64,000 nucleotides of DNA, taken from assembly GCA_977017575.1 (NCBI GenBank), contig CDRNVI010000002.1, forward strand, positions 186,001 to 250,000. Direction: 5' to 3'. This DNA comes from Paramoeba atlantica (taxonomy: Eukaryota > Protista > Discosea). Below, piece after piece: positions 9,710 to 20,034 of this stretch. The position numbers were made by a program, and so were the translations under genes. The notes under the pieces are model-generated. The model saw only the letters and a list, made by a program, of their open reading frames with translations, did no database searches and was not told the origin of the DNA. Position 1 is the first letter of the stretch. Each line of letters opens with the position of its first letter.

Positions 9710-11881
9710 CATACATCTCCGCAGTACGGTACTTCGTACTAAACGTAGTACGGACCCCGTATTTCGTACTAGTACGTACTAAGTACCGTACTATCCGTAC
9801 TTAGTACGAAAGTCCGTACTTCATGCAGTTTGTCTAACAATTTCAAATAAAGAAATCACACTGAAGTAGTGTACCATGTGACGCTGAAGGGCTGCAACCT
9901 CTGTCATGAAGGGCATACATGCTAACACTCACTAAATAAAAGCGAATATAGAAGTAATTTAAAAGGAATATAGAAGAAGCGTACGGTGAACGCATAAAAA
10001 TTTGAATCAAAAGACACTCTATATTTATCACTATTTTCTCACTTGCTATGAACTAACGAATAGGTGATCGCCGACACCCGCCCAAAAAATGTATAAGAGA
10101 ACGGAAAGGAAAAGTGAAAGTGATCTAAGAACTTTTAGAAGCTATTTTCATTGAATATATAGAATACTGTATATATTTTTTTACAAAGGTATGCAATCAA
10201 CATCATACATTACAAGATTCCATTAATTTTAGTTTAATACTACGAAAAATCACCCTAAATTAGTCCAATGAGAGAGTGGCTACTCTGTAAAATTTTTGTC
10301 TTCACCTTCATCTGTATCTCTACTTTCGAGAAGATCAAACTCACCTTCCTCGGATGATTTATATTGCGTTTTCGGGCTATGAGTCACTCTTTTAATCTTA
10401 TTTAGGTTTCCACGCAAAAAAATCCGGTCAGCAATCACACGTGGAGGAAGTCTGGATTGTCGAGGACAGTACATATACGACAATATCGATAGCCATGAGT
10501 CACACTTTGTCACGAGAGGTGGCGTCCAAACGTAACGACGCGCGGCGTTAGCAAATAATGGGAAAAGTCTATCACCCGTAGTGCACCAGTAATCATACTC
10601 ATTACTGTGCACAGAGGGATCCCACTCAAAGTCAGTACAAGTGACGTACGCTTGCCATTCTATGTCAGTAATAGAAAATAAGGCGTTTCGCTCTGTTAGT
10701 GCTCCCAAACCTCGATCAAAAAGGTTGTTCGCCCGCTGCACACTGATACTCTTCATGTTATATGGGCGCCCGAATTCAGAAATGAATATTGGATCGAACC
10801 AAACAATGTCTTTCCAAAATTCCATGTTATGGTTTTTAGAAAGCCGGGACATATGATGCTTCAGCGCTTCTTTTAAACCTTCAGGCCCGACTCCTTCCTC
10901 TGAATCCTCGAATAACTGTTCCAAAGTTTCGGCAACGTGCGTCGCTGTAGGTTTCCCATTGAGGTCAGAAAATTTGTTCAATGCAACGAAGAGAATAGTA
11001 TATGTTCTCCCTTCATCCGATCGATGCCAGCGTCAACGGCAGCCCCAAAGTATGTATACTTATCGATGTCCGACTTGAGAATTTCCCATAGCTCATCGGC
11101 GAGAACAGATTCACATTCGTGAAGTTTTCCGGTCTTTTTGGGGAAAAAGGCTAGAAACTGTTCAATGGTAACCTTTGGAGGCCATTGCTCCAGGAGCGAC
11201 CGAACAAAAGTAAGAAATTGCTGCGAAGGAGTGCTCATGAGAGCATGCATGCTGGGTACTATTCGTGTGGCGTAAAGTTCGGCTTCCCTTTCACACGACA
11301 TAGCCATTTGAACAGCGTCAAGTTTCTCCTTATCAATTCGAAGATCGCAGTGCTTACGATGTTGTTGATAATGATTACGAGTCTTGCAATGAGATTCAAA
11401 ATGGCAGCCAGGGGCCATGCATTTGTAATGACATTCATGCCCCATACCGTCAACGGGCATTGCATCATGGTCGTGATGACAATTTGCCGAGCAACGTACG
11501 ACAGCAAAAAGGGGAATCGCCCCCTCTCGCATTAGAACGCTAGGCGGCGTTGCGTGATGAGCGCGAGAGACCGTTCTTTCGGGAGTTACCTCGCTTCCAT
11601 CCTGTTCACCTCGGCTTGACTTCCTAGACATGGTGCTGGAGAAAAGTGAATGAAAATTGAAAAGAAAATGCTATAAGTAACGGAATAATAAATTAGTTTA
11701 AGTAATGCGATCCCAACATTGTTTTCCAATGAAAAAGATGAGCTTTTCTTTAATTGAAATTCGTAGTCAAGGTCCCACTTTGGCATAAAATAATTTTCAA
11801 AATGTATGAAGTACGGACTTTCGTACTTAGTACGGATAGTACGGTACTTAGTACGTACTATCCGTACTAAGGAGATGTATG
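9710..11881 (-). mobile_element. hAT-type DNA transposon, 2172 bp, with CATAC termini and 6-bp TSD
   Basis: TSD AGTAAT at 9704-9709 and 11882-11887. Terminal IR CATACATCTCC/GGAGATGTATG. A 55-bp subterminal IR (9770-9824 vs 11806-11860) matches at 54/55. The element encloses a hAT-like transposase pseudogene. Confidence 0.88.
10280..11631 (-). pseudogene. hAT-family transposase, frameshifted and internally deleted
   Basis: The ORFs 10978-11631 and 10280-10981 join if 1 nt is restored at ~11030, giving 'AVDAWHRSDEGRTYTILF' (hAT D-x-W first catalytic motif). Also present: BED-like finger 'CMAPGC...TRNHYQQHRKH', 'PTATHVAETL' (cf. HTGENIA), 'WFDPIF' (cf. LDPRF) and a C-terminal dimerisation domain 'YW...FPLFANAARRYVWTP...CDSWLS...RQSRL...IFLRGN'. 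Confidence 0.82.
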
Positions 11882-12049
11882 AGTAATATAATAAAGGAAA
11901 AAAATATAAAAGGGGGCTCCCGTGGTCCAAAATTGAAAAAAAAATTGAAAAAAATGCGGGGTCTAGGGTGGGCCGGGGGAGGGCATACCGCACGAAATAT
12001 TTTTTGAAAAAAAACCCGCAGAAGGTGCAGCCGGTGTCTTTCCCCTATA

Positions 12050-12120
12050 TTGTAGTATTTTGATAGTTTATATTGTAGTTTATATTGTAGTACAGTTTAT
12101 ATTGTAGTATTTTGATAGTT
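12050..12120. repeat. Short tandem repeat (TTTATATTGTAG-type units)
   Basis: TATTGTAG repeated 4 times with GTTTA/TTTTGATAG spacers. Confidence 0.7.
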
Positions 12121-12377
12121 TCGGACCTACACTAGCTTTCTATACTATACTATACTAGCCTATACTAGCTTTCTACGCCGTTGTTTTCGCCAGATATCCC
12201 TTCTTCGATCCGTGGTGTGCCCCCCAAAATGACCCATTTTTGATTAAAAAAGGTAAAAAAGTATTTTTCGGACCACATGGGGCCTTGTTGTGTCGAAAGA
12301 ATGGTGTGGTTGGAGTCGCATTCTCTACCCAATACGTTCGGTAGGCTTAAATTCACTCCTACAAGTCATTTCCCACA

Positions 12378-12460
12378 CGCAAATATCAGATTTAGTGCTC
12401 TGAGAGCAAAAATACGCAAAAATCACTCCATTTTTACCCGAAAATCGGCTATTTGTGGCC
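12378..12460 (+). repeat. Dispersed ~85-bp repeat (inverted copy at 17760-17845)
   Basis: ATC(A/G)GATTTAGTGCT(C/T)TGAGAGC(A/G)AAAA...ATTTTTACCC(G/A)AAAAT(C/G)GGCTATT is shared with the reverse complement of 17760-17845. Confidence 0.7.
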
Positions 12461-12508
12461 ATAATATTTCCGTATTCTTCAGCTTTCCAGGCCAAATTTT
12501 CTTCTTTA

Positions 12509-12603
12509 GGCTCTTCATTAATTGCGGTGGTAGTTTTCAACTCGAAGCGCGCAGCACGAGTGACTTCTAAGTTGGAAACGACCACCGCGTTTAACGAAGA
12601 GCC
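12509..12603. mobile_element. 95-bp fold-back mini-MITE
   Basis: TA-GGCTCTTC...GAAGAGCC-TA. The 34-bp arms (12509-12542 / 12570-12603) match at 29/34. Confidence 0.7.
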
Positions 12604-12730
12604 TAATAATAAAGCCGTAAATTATGCTCATAAATTATAGCCAAATTATTTGGCTGTATTTGAAATATAGCCTTTGTTTTTGTTTTTTGGACAGAATTTA
12701 GTATACCGCACCCATTTTGTATACCTACTA

Positions 12731-13048
12731 CCGTATACCCCCCAGTGAGGTACCCCCCAGAAAGACATATTTGGCCTTTTTTGGGCTGATCCCAGTAAGA
12801 GAGATTTGGTTCTGGAGCCCCACAGGAGGCGTATAGGGGGTAGGGGGTGGGTGTCTGCATGTTGGGGGGCCTCAGGGGTAACCCAAAGAAGCGTTTTAAC
12901 ACGTTTTCACAAGAAAAAATGGAAAAAAATAGTCAAAAAAGTTGGGAGAAAAGAGGAAACTGGCCAAAAAAGCATACCCCCCCCAGTAAGAGAGATTTGG
13001 CCATTTCGACCCAAAACCCATTCTTTTACTGGGGGGGGGGGTATACGG
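12731..13048. mobile_element. TA-flanked MITE with CCGTATAC TIR (Tc2/pogo-like end), 318 bp
   Basis: TA-CCGTATACCCCCCAGT ... ACTG(G)nTATACGG-TA. Internal direct repeat CCCAGTAAGAGAGATTTGG at ~12790 and ~12982. Confidence 0.75.
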
Positions 13049-13247
13049 TAGGTATTTTCGTGGAACATTAAGAGTTTTTAGTATAGGAACATTCTTTGGA
13101 ATCACTTTTCTCCATTGGACCCTGCTAAAGACGTCTTGATGAGAAAACGTCAATTGTCGGATAATCACACCTGTATACACACTGTATCGAAGCAATCATA
13201 CCTCTATGGAGATACCTTCCGATTCAGAAGGTATTCAGTTCATTTCT

Positions 13248-14162
13248 TTAGGTTCTTATTACCAAGCTTTCTATCTTGCACTCGTTACGCTGTAAATACG
13301 TTTTTAAAAGATTTTTAGCCACATTTACAATGTGTTTATATCGACAACTGCCAAGTTTTATTCCACCAAACCATCTCGTCACTATTAATATAATGTTTTT
13401 GAGGCGCAGCGCTTGTAAAAGGAACAGCAGTTTCGAGGACGCTCCAGCTTCACCGTCATCGTCACGACTCTCAAAAAGATCATCATTCTCCATAAAACGG
13501 TAGGCATAGATAGCTGGATGCGTTGCCCCCTTGACTAGCTTGGAGCCGCGTATACGCTCCAGTACCAGGATCACCTCACGTTCTGAACGCGCTTCGGCCA
13601 GGTGAGCCTGAAAAGCCGAACGTCGATCCCTCACCACCTCGCCGGAAAAAAAAGGGACTACAGTATCTTCTAGCGTATTATTCGTTTTAGAATGAATTAT
13701 GTTCTCCGGAAAACCGTTCTCTTCTTTGTTTAGTTTAAGAGACGCCTGATCTCTAAACCCATCCATAAATAATGTGTTCCGTGTTTGAAAAGAGTGCTGC
13801 TGCAGCTCCGTAGTTATGAGCTGCGTAGCGTACACCAAAACTGGTGAAAATCTTAAGCTCTCGATCACTTGATCGTAAATGTCGTGAATGAATTTCTTTC
13901 GCCAAGTTCCACAAACTTTATAGATAGCTGGAAAATAGATGTCAATTCGTGGAGTAGCTGCTGGGTATTCTGCAGAGAGTTCATAACGAATAGTGCACTT
14001 TACTTTTAGGACATGTAATGCAACAAGAACACTGAAGGGAGGGGTTATTGTTACTGCTTCTTCAGATAGCAGCGCCTGCAAACACTTTATTTCTTCATCT
14101 ATAAGGCTCAACGTAGATTCTCCAAATCTATGTCTCGTTTCCTCAGAGAGGATGTCTAACAT
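13248..14162 (-). CDS. IMPACT: IMPACT/Yih1 protein (RWD + UPF0029 domain)
   Basis: RWD-like 'YELSAEYPAATP', then 'DRRSAFQAH', 'ATHPAIYAYR', 'DDDGEAGA' and 'VTRWFGGIKLG'. Confidence 0.9.
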   Translation of the reverse strand: MLDILSEETRHRFGESTLSLIDEEIKCLQALLSEEAVTITPPFSVLVALHVLKVKCTIRYELSAEYPAATPRIDIYFPAIYKVCGTWRKKFIHDIYDQVIESLRFSPVLVYATQLITTELQQHSFQTRNTLFMDGFRDQASLKLNKEENGFPENIIHSKTNNTLEDTVVPFFSGEVVRDRRSAFQAHLAEARSEREVILVLERIRGSKLVKGATHPAIYAYRFMENDDLFESRDDDGEAGASSKLLFLLQALRLKNIILIVTRWFGGIKLGSCRYKHIVNVAKNLLKTYLQRNECKIESLVIRT

Positions 14163-14374
14163 GATGGTGAAAAAGACGTCACTAGGACCATATTATGAGA
14201 TTTGCACGTAATAAACATGTAATACTTGCATACCCTGGATGTGTACAAAAGTAATTTATGTACAGTATGTATTACTACAGGCTGTAGTAATAAGTTAGGC
14301 AGTACGAATAGGAATAATGTGCTTCGTTCTCTAACACAAGGGTGTAGACTACATCCTTGTTTTACTACCATATC

Positions 14375-14774
14375 GGTCAAATCTCCCTTTTTTCCCCCAA
14401 ATTCTTTTTGAAGTTTTGAAGGGCACTCCAAATGCTAAAATTAGTTACTTGCATTTCATCAGCTCATCTTCTGAGGCTGAAATAAAGGCCATTCGTGCTT
14501 TCAATTTCCAATTCGTTCATGTATTGTCCATACAGTATCGATACTGCACCGAAATCTATAAGTGTGTCACACCTTTTGCCAACCTGGTGTGCCACAATTT
14601 GAGCCCTAGAACTCATATTTTCTATAAATGTCCCCGAATGTCTTGGTGTAAATAAGTCAAAGTCTTCTATTTCGTCAATACCAATCTAGAAGGATTGTAA
14701 AATCGCTGAACTCGAAAAAAAATTGAGGTATTTTTTTTTTAAAAAGATTTGGGGGAAAAAAGGGAGATTCCACC
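14375..14774. mobile_element. Merlin-type MITE, 400 bp, 8-bp TSD
   Basis: TSD ACCATATC at 14367-14374 and 14775-14782. A 28-bp TIR GGT(CA/GG)AATCTCCCTTTTTTCCCCCAAAT matches at 26/28. GG start plus 8-bp TSD fits Merlin. Confidence 0.8.
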
Positions 14775-14779
14775 ACCAT

Positions 14780-14816
14780 ATCTTTGTGTAGTACTACAGT
14801 AGTACTACACAAAGAT
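14780..14816. repeat. Perfect palindrome, 18-bp arms, 1-nt centre
   Basis: ATCTTTGTGTAGTACTAC-A-GTAGTACTACACAAAGAT. Confidence 0.9.
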
Positions 14817-16292
14817 GGTCGTAAAACGTATGCCCTATACGCCTCCTGTGGATCTCACGAGCCAAAACTCTCTTACAGGGGGGTAAATGAAAAAAGTATA
14901 TGAAAAAGCATATGAAAAAAGTCATAGATCTTGGTCGTTAAAACGAACATCAATTGAACTCAGAAACTTTTGGTGTAATCATGCAGACACGGGTATTGAA
15001 AACTGGTGGATATAAAGTGTAGGTTTCTCATCCCTGGGTGGGAAACTATATTTCACCTACGACGTAACATACCTATGTGTTCTATGAACACTTGTGTGTG
15101 TTCAGTAGTTCTATGGTTCAATGAACACTTTTATGAACCAATAGAACACTTTTTCGATTTTTTTCCTGGCGCACAAACAATTTTTTTTGAAGCTTTGTTT
15201 CATTCAAATGGCCCCAGATGGTACTACACGACCTAGATCCTCACGTACATGTAGGTACATGGCAGAATAGGTGGTGCGAGTCTGTGCCATCGATATGATT
15301 CCAGCGTCAAGGGGGCCACGAAGAGGCCCCAACCCCCAGTTAGGTTGGTCCTAACACGTCCTAACACGTGTTAGGCGTTTAATCAATTCGGCACACAAAC
15401 GTCTTTAATGCACATAATGTGTTCACAGTGCAAAAAGAATGTTTAGTGGAAATGACGACAACGAAGATGAGGAAAAAAATTCAGGTTTTTTCTTTGGGGA
15501 AAAAAGTCCCCTTTCACCCACAAGTGTATCGAGTACTTTCTTTTTTTCATCTGGACCCAGGTTTCTATTCAGAAGCAGGCCATGAAAGCACTCCAAGTCT
15601 TTCGCTGCTTTGTTAGCGTGGCTATCATATTCTTCAAGTGAAGAGCATTGCTTTTGTATTGAGCCTTTCGTGACGATAAACACCCTCCACCATGGAAAGC
15701 GTTCATAAACCCCACCCAATGAAAAGTGACCCACCACTTTTTCTTTCGTACAAGCATCCGTTTGAGCTGATTTTTGTAGCATTTTGCAGATCTCAACATA
15801 AAGACTTTGCGCGTGAAGAAACGAAACAAAAAGAAGCGAATACGTATATTTTAGAGAAGAATTTCCATTTAGTCACCTTTTCTCCGTTCTATTTTATACA
15901 CTGCTTAAGGCGAGAGTCAAAACTTAATACCGTATTGTCGATAGGGTATTTACGTTTTGGGGCAAACGAGACCACGCTTTTTGTACACATCGGATAAGTA
16001 AAGGCTTATACATGTATATGAAGGCTAATATAGACCAGACGTTTTCTATGGGAAAGGTCTGGTGAATTGGGGGGGGGCAATTTTTCAATACATCTTTCAT
16101 TCTATTTGTAATATACTCCTTAGAGGCATGGGCGGTGTGTGCCGTAGCCCCACCTTTTTGGGGGAAAGGTACCTTTTTCAGCGTCTCTATGATAGACGAG
16201 CTCCTGATAGACGAGTCAGAGTCCAGAATAACTAAGTGTTTCCACCCTACTCCTATGGCACCCCAAACTTGGCATCTCGGCGCCCAGCGTAC

Positions 16293-16395
16293 TGGTTCCC
16301 CATGTAATAGATTGGGGTGGTTCCCCATGGAAGCAAATTAGGGTGGTTCCCCATGGAAATAGATTAGGGTGGTTCCCCATGGAAATGGATTGGGG
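16293..16395. repeat. 4 tandem copies of a 25-26-bp unit (fifth copy at 17094-17121)
   Basis: TGGTTCCCCATG(G/T)AA..(G/A)ATT(G/A)GGG units, which are amplified transposase coding sequence (MGNHPNLLHGEP). Confidence 0.85.
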
Positions 16396-16408
16396 TGCAA
16401 ATGGATTA

Positions 16409-16492
16409 CAGTGTTATATTTTATTACGGTATTATTTAATTACGCTTTAAGGTAAGCGTAATTAAATAATACCGTAATTAAATACAACACTG
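16409..16492. mobile_element. 84-bp fold-back mini-MITE with Tc1-type CAGTG ends
   Basis: TA-CAGTGTT...AACACTG-TA. Inner perfect 25-bp arms ATTACGGTATTATTTAATTACGCTT around a 6-nt loop. Confidence 0.8.
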
Positions 16493-17759
16493 TAACCGTA
16501 ATGTCATCCACTCGTAAATTACTAATTTTTGAACACACTTTTTGAATAATTTTTAAGCGCCCAAGCCATTAGATTCGTCTGTGATCATTTTATGAAGGCT
16601 TGTGTTTCGTATGAAAGTGAGGCCGATGGTATATTATTTATGTTTCGCATGAAAGTGGATCGGCCTTCGATACCAAAAAGGAGAAAAACAACTGACAACT
16701 CGGAAAATGAGGAGAATTCACAGCCTTTATGGTCTTTGAAGGCATTACTCAAAATGAAATCCCTTGGAAATGGGCCAGCGCGAGACATTCCGGCATCCAA
16801 GCGCGAAGCTGAGGTACGAAGTGTGCTTCGAGGTAAGGTTGCGAGAACTGGCGGTAATAGGAAACCGTCTAAGTAAGGAAAGAATTGATGGAATTGCATC
16901 TTGGCAAATTTTGAATACCTTGAGGATTATTTGTAGGTTATGGGAAAAATATTGTTTGTTTGTACCGTATCAGACACATATAAACTCTGAACTTGGAAGT
17001 CATAGATGAAAGCTTTCAAGGTGAAAGTGTTAAGCTTTTTAACCGACTTTAAGTCGGTCTTATTGGATATTGGATTTATTTTTGTATTTGGATTGGTTCC
17101 CCATGTAATCGATTGGGGTGGCTTCCCATTTTTCTTCGACGGGCACGAAAGGTTCCTGTGGGACCTCGTCCTCTCATTAGAAATTGTTGAGGGTAATAGA
17201 TAATGCTTGACTAAATGAGGGAAACAATAGTTTTTTGCAACAACAACAACAAAATATTTTGAAATGAGAAATGCATTACGTTCGGCGAGTACAAAAAAAG
17301 CTGCCACGCGTACTAAGAGAGAACCTCATACCGCGGCATTCTTATACTGCATAGCTAGGGCATGTGTAATCACTTGGATATGCGCAAAACAAAAAAGTTT
17401 TATGAAAAATAATCAACATGTTCGTGGGATGTGTACCTCCCCAAAAAGTGTTCAATGCGTTCTATGTGTTCAATGAACAAAAAAAAGTGTTCATAGAACA
17501 CATAGGTATGACGTAATGTGATCCTTTGGTGGGTTTGGTGGATGTGGTCAGGATTTTTCCTGCAGTAAGGCGGGGGGACCTCTTCACATCCAGGGGCTTT
17601 CACCCAAGTGCGGATATCAGGCCGTGAGAAGAGAGTCTGAAACTCCCAACGTAGGACGCGTAGTTCCTATGAATTGTCACTCACGCGATAGCGCAACTGC
17701 GTTTTCCGCGTTTTGAATGCAGAAGAAACTGATTTTGAATGCAGAAGGGAATTTGACCG

Positions 17760-17845
17760 ACAATAGCCCATTTTTGGGTAAAAATAGGGTCATTTTTGTG
17801 TACTAGTGTTTTCGCTCTCAAAGCACTAAATCCGATTTTTTCGCA
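17760..17845 (-). repeat. Dispersed ~85-bp repeat (inverted copy of 12378-12460)
   Basis: The reverse complement aligns by eye with 12378-12460. Confidence 0.7.
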
Positions 17846-17850
17846 TAGGA

Positions 17851-19536
17851 TCAAAGAACTACTGGAGTAATGTCCAATCTCTTAAGATTATCATAGACTT
17901 GAGAACCTTCGTACAGTGGAAGTAGCCGTTGTATTTTTTCTATAACCTTGCGATGGGTGCACAAAGTCCTGCGCTCGAGTAGCCAATGCGACCAAAGAAG
18001 CACATACGGGTGAGAAACAGAAAACACACCAGGAAGAGCTCTTAACAGTTCTACTACCTGCTCTACCGACTTATCATTACTTGATTGTTTTTGATAATAG
18101 TCAAGCAAACTTGAGTAAAGGTTCCCGGCGTCTATCCTCATGTAAGCAAGACTGCAAAAAATTCGTTGAATGTCCAATGGCTCAGATTTTGGGAGCACTG
18201 TATGTACTTGTTCTAGTACATCGGGAAGAAATTCTTGTGGAATAGTAGTGGGAAAATAGTGATTTTCAACGAACAGAAGAAAGCGGGCTAGAGATATGCT
18301 ATCCATGCGGGAAACCTCTTTGCAAACGATTTGAACAACTTGTAATTTTTGTCTTGTATTGATCCATCGGTAGTTACGAACAAGTTCACGCAAGTGGTAG
18401 AGAGGGAGTGAGTCTGCGTCCTTTAATATAGTATTCAGCAAGTAGGGTATGATCTCATAACTAAATTGGAGGTCGAATTCGGGTCGACGAACTTGTGTGT
18501 GCTGTATGAAGAATAACGAATGCATCAAAGTAGCAACCATAAAAGGTGATAATTCTTTGATAATTCGACTAACGTCGCCGTGCTTGTCAAAACGAGTTAG
18601 ATATTGACGAACCATCGTTATTGGCCGGGACGTTGCTGTTTCTACCAGTAAGTTTGTGAACCGAAAATGATTCAATACGACGCAGGTGCCATATTCATGA
18701 TCAGCTTGGCCCCATGTTGCTTTCCATAGGTGTTCAAGTATTTTTTCAAAACAAGAATCTCCGTTTGCGATTCCCGGAACACGACGTAAATATTCTAGGA
18801 AAGCAAAGTAAGGATATAGCGAACTCTTTTGATATTCTTTAGTCCCAACGGGGTGACGCGCAACCCAATTTCTGCGTCCCGATATTTCGTTTGAAAAAAG
18901 AAAATCCATTACTTTGGTCACGAGCTCAGATACCAAATCTGATGACATCGTTGGAGCGAAGCACGCAAAAACTTCTAAAAAGTAGCCGACTAGCGTCGAA
19001 GTCAGCTCTGAGAGCCTTGATAATACAAGAACCATGACATCGTGTGCTACAATACCTTTGATCATATTACGCACACCTGAATCAGCATAAAAAGGTTCAC
19101 AAATTTCTTTACCTTTATTTATGATTTGTACAAGCTGAAGAATGCTCCCTTGGAATTCCTTTGAAGGCTCCACAACATAAGAAGCTGGGTTCTTTAAGTT
19201 TGACTTTAGATGTTTCAACAACCGTTCAACATTTTCAAGACGACCAAGCAATAGCTCACGTGAGCGAATATCACCAAAGCCATTAAATTCTTTCTCTAAA
19301 GCAAAAACAATTCTTTTCCAAGTAACGTCTGCATTCTCAATATTAGAAATTTGCATATTACCCACTATCTGCGAGCATGATTCGCTTTTCAAGATAGTTT
19401 TGCAATAGTAACGGAAAGCAGTTTGTCCCGAAAGTGAATAAATATCATAGTGTATTCTGTTAATGGAGCACCTTGGCCTGCAAATTCGGAATCGAAGCAA
19501 TGAAGAACGAAGGCACTCTTTCGAATACGATCTCAT
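17851..19536 (-). CDS. Hypothetical alpha-helical repeat protein, probably mitochondrial RNA-binding (HPR/FASTK-like)
   Basis: 561-aa ORF with a basic, presequence-like N-terminus. C-terminal repeats such as 'EPLDIQRIFCSLAYMRIDAGNLYSSLL' and 'DSISLARFLLFV'. Confidence 0.5.
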   Translation of the reverse strand: MRSYSKECLRSSLLRFRICRPRCSINRIHYDIYSLSGQTAFRYYCKTILKSESCSQIVGNMQISNIENADVTWKRIVFALEKEFNGFGDIRSRELLLGRLENVERLLKHLKSNLKNPASYVVEPSKEFQGSILQLVQIINKGKEICEPFYADSGVRNMIKGIVAHDVMVLVLSRLSELTSTLVGYFLEVFACFAPTMSSDLVSELVTKVMDFLFSNEISGRRNWVARHPVGTKEYQKSSLYPYFAFLEYLRRVPGIANGDSCFEKILEHLWKATWGQADHEYGTCVVLNHFRFTNLLVETATSRPITMVRQYLTRFDKHGDVSRIIKELSPFMVATLMHSLFFIQHTQVRRPEFDLQFSYEIIPYLLNTILKDADSLPLYHLRELVRNYRWINTRQKLQVVQIVCKEVSRMDSISLARFLLFVENHYFPTTIPQEFLPDVLEQVHTVLPKSEPLDIQRIFCSLAYMRIDAGNLYSSLLDYYQKQSSNDKSVEQVVELLRALPGVFSVSHPYVLLWSHWLLERRTLCTHRKVIEKIQRLLPLYEGSQVYDNLKRLDITPVVL

Positions 19537-20034
19537 TTACAGCGTATTGAGAAGTTCACAGCCTTTGGAACGTCAGATCGACTATTGGCGAGCGACAGGT
19601 CTCGTGTTGAGTGAGATTACCATATCATTAAAAATACTCTATCAGTTTCACATCGATACATCTGTATTTTGTTTTAATATCGTTATGGTAAGCTTTACTA
19701 AAGAAGGCACAAGCTTTGCTCCGTTTAAAATAAGAGTCTTAACCACATCGCTGGTGATCATAACCAAGGCTCCTTTAAACAGGGTAGTAACAAAGCATTA
19801 AGTTAAGATCACCAAAAGTAAAGATAATGAATTACCAATGTATAGGAAGTATATGATTCTGCCCCCCCAAAGCATTCGCCGGAATACTTCCAATACTGTG
19901 ACTGTCCGCGCATACCCGTTCAGATTAAGACTTGTAAAAGAGAAACTTCCCAACTCAAAAAAAACAATTCGGGCAAACAAAATCCGCCAAAAAGGTTTAT
20001 ATCATTATCATGCCTTATGAAGGTTTCACATATT

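Larger units (their letters stand above)
15924..17230 (-). pseudogene. Tc1/mariner (DDE) transposase remnant, split by insertions
   Basis: 16328-15924 reads 'QVWGAIG...HLVIL...IETLK...QKGGATAHTA...PIENVWSIL...CVQKAWSRLP'. An alternate frame gives 'PPNSPDLS' before IENVW. The upstream part 'TISNE...RARRRKMGSHPNRLHGEP' lies at ~17090-17200. Candidate end TA-CACTGCTTAAGG at 15897-15910. Confidence 0.85.
15068..17510. mobile_element. Second CATAC-ended element with 6-bp TSD (2443 bp), containing nested insertions
   Basis: TSD ACGTAA at 15062-15067 and 17511-17516. Perfect 26-bp TIR CATACCTATGTGTTCTATGAACACTT (15068-15093 / 17485-17510). Subterminal GAACAC/GTGTTC repeat arrays. Confidence 0.85.

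Noticed and set aside
11913-12290. Possible TIR pair GGCTCCCGTGGTCC / GGACCACATGGGGCC
   Set aside because: Short, imperfect and with no TSD.
16293-16395. Regular 25-26-bp repeats resembling a CRISPR array
   Set aside because: The units are contiguous with no spacers, derive from Tc1 coding sequence, and sit in a eukaryotic context with no cas genes.
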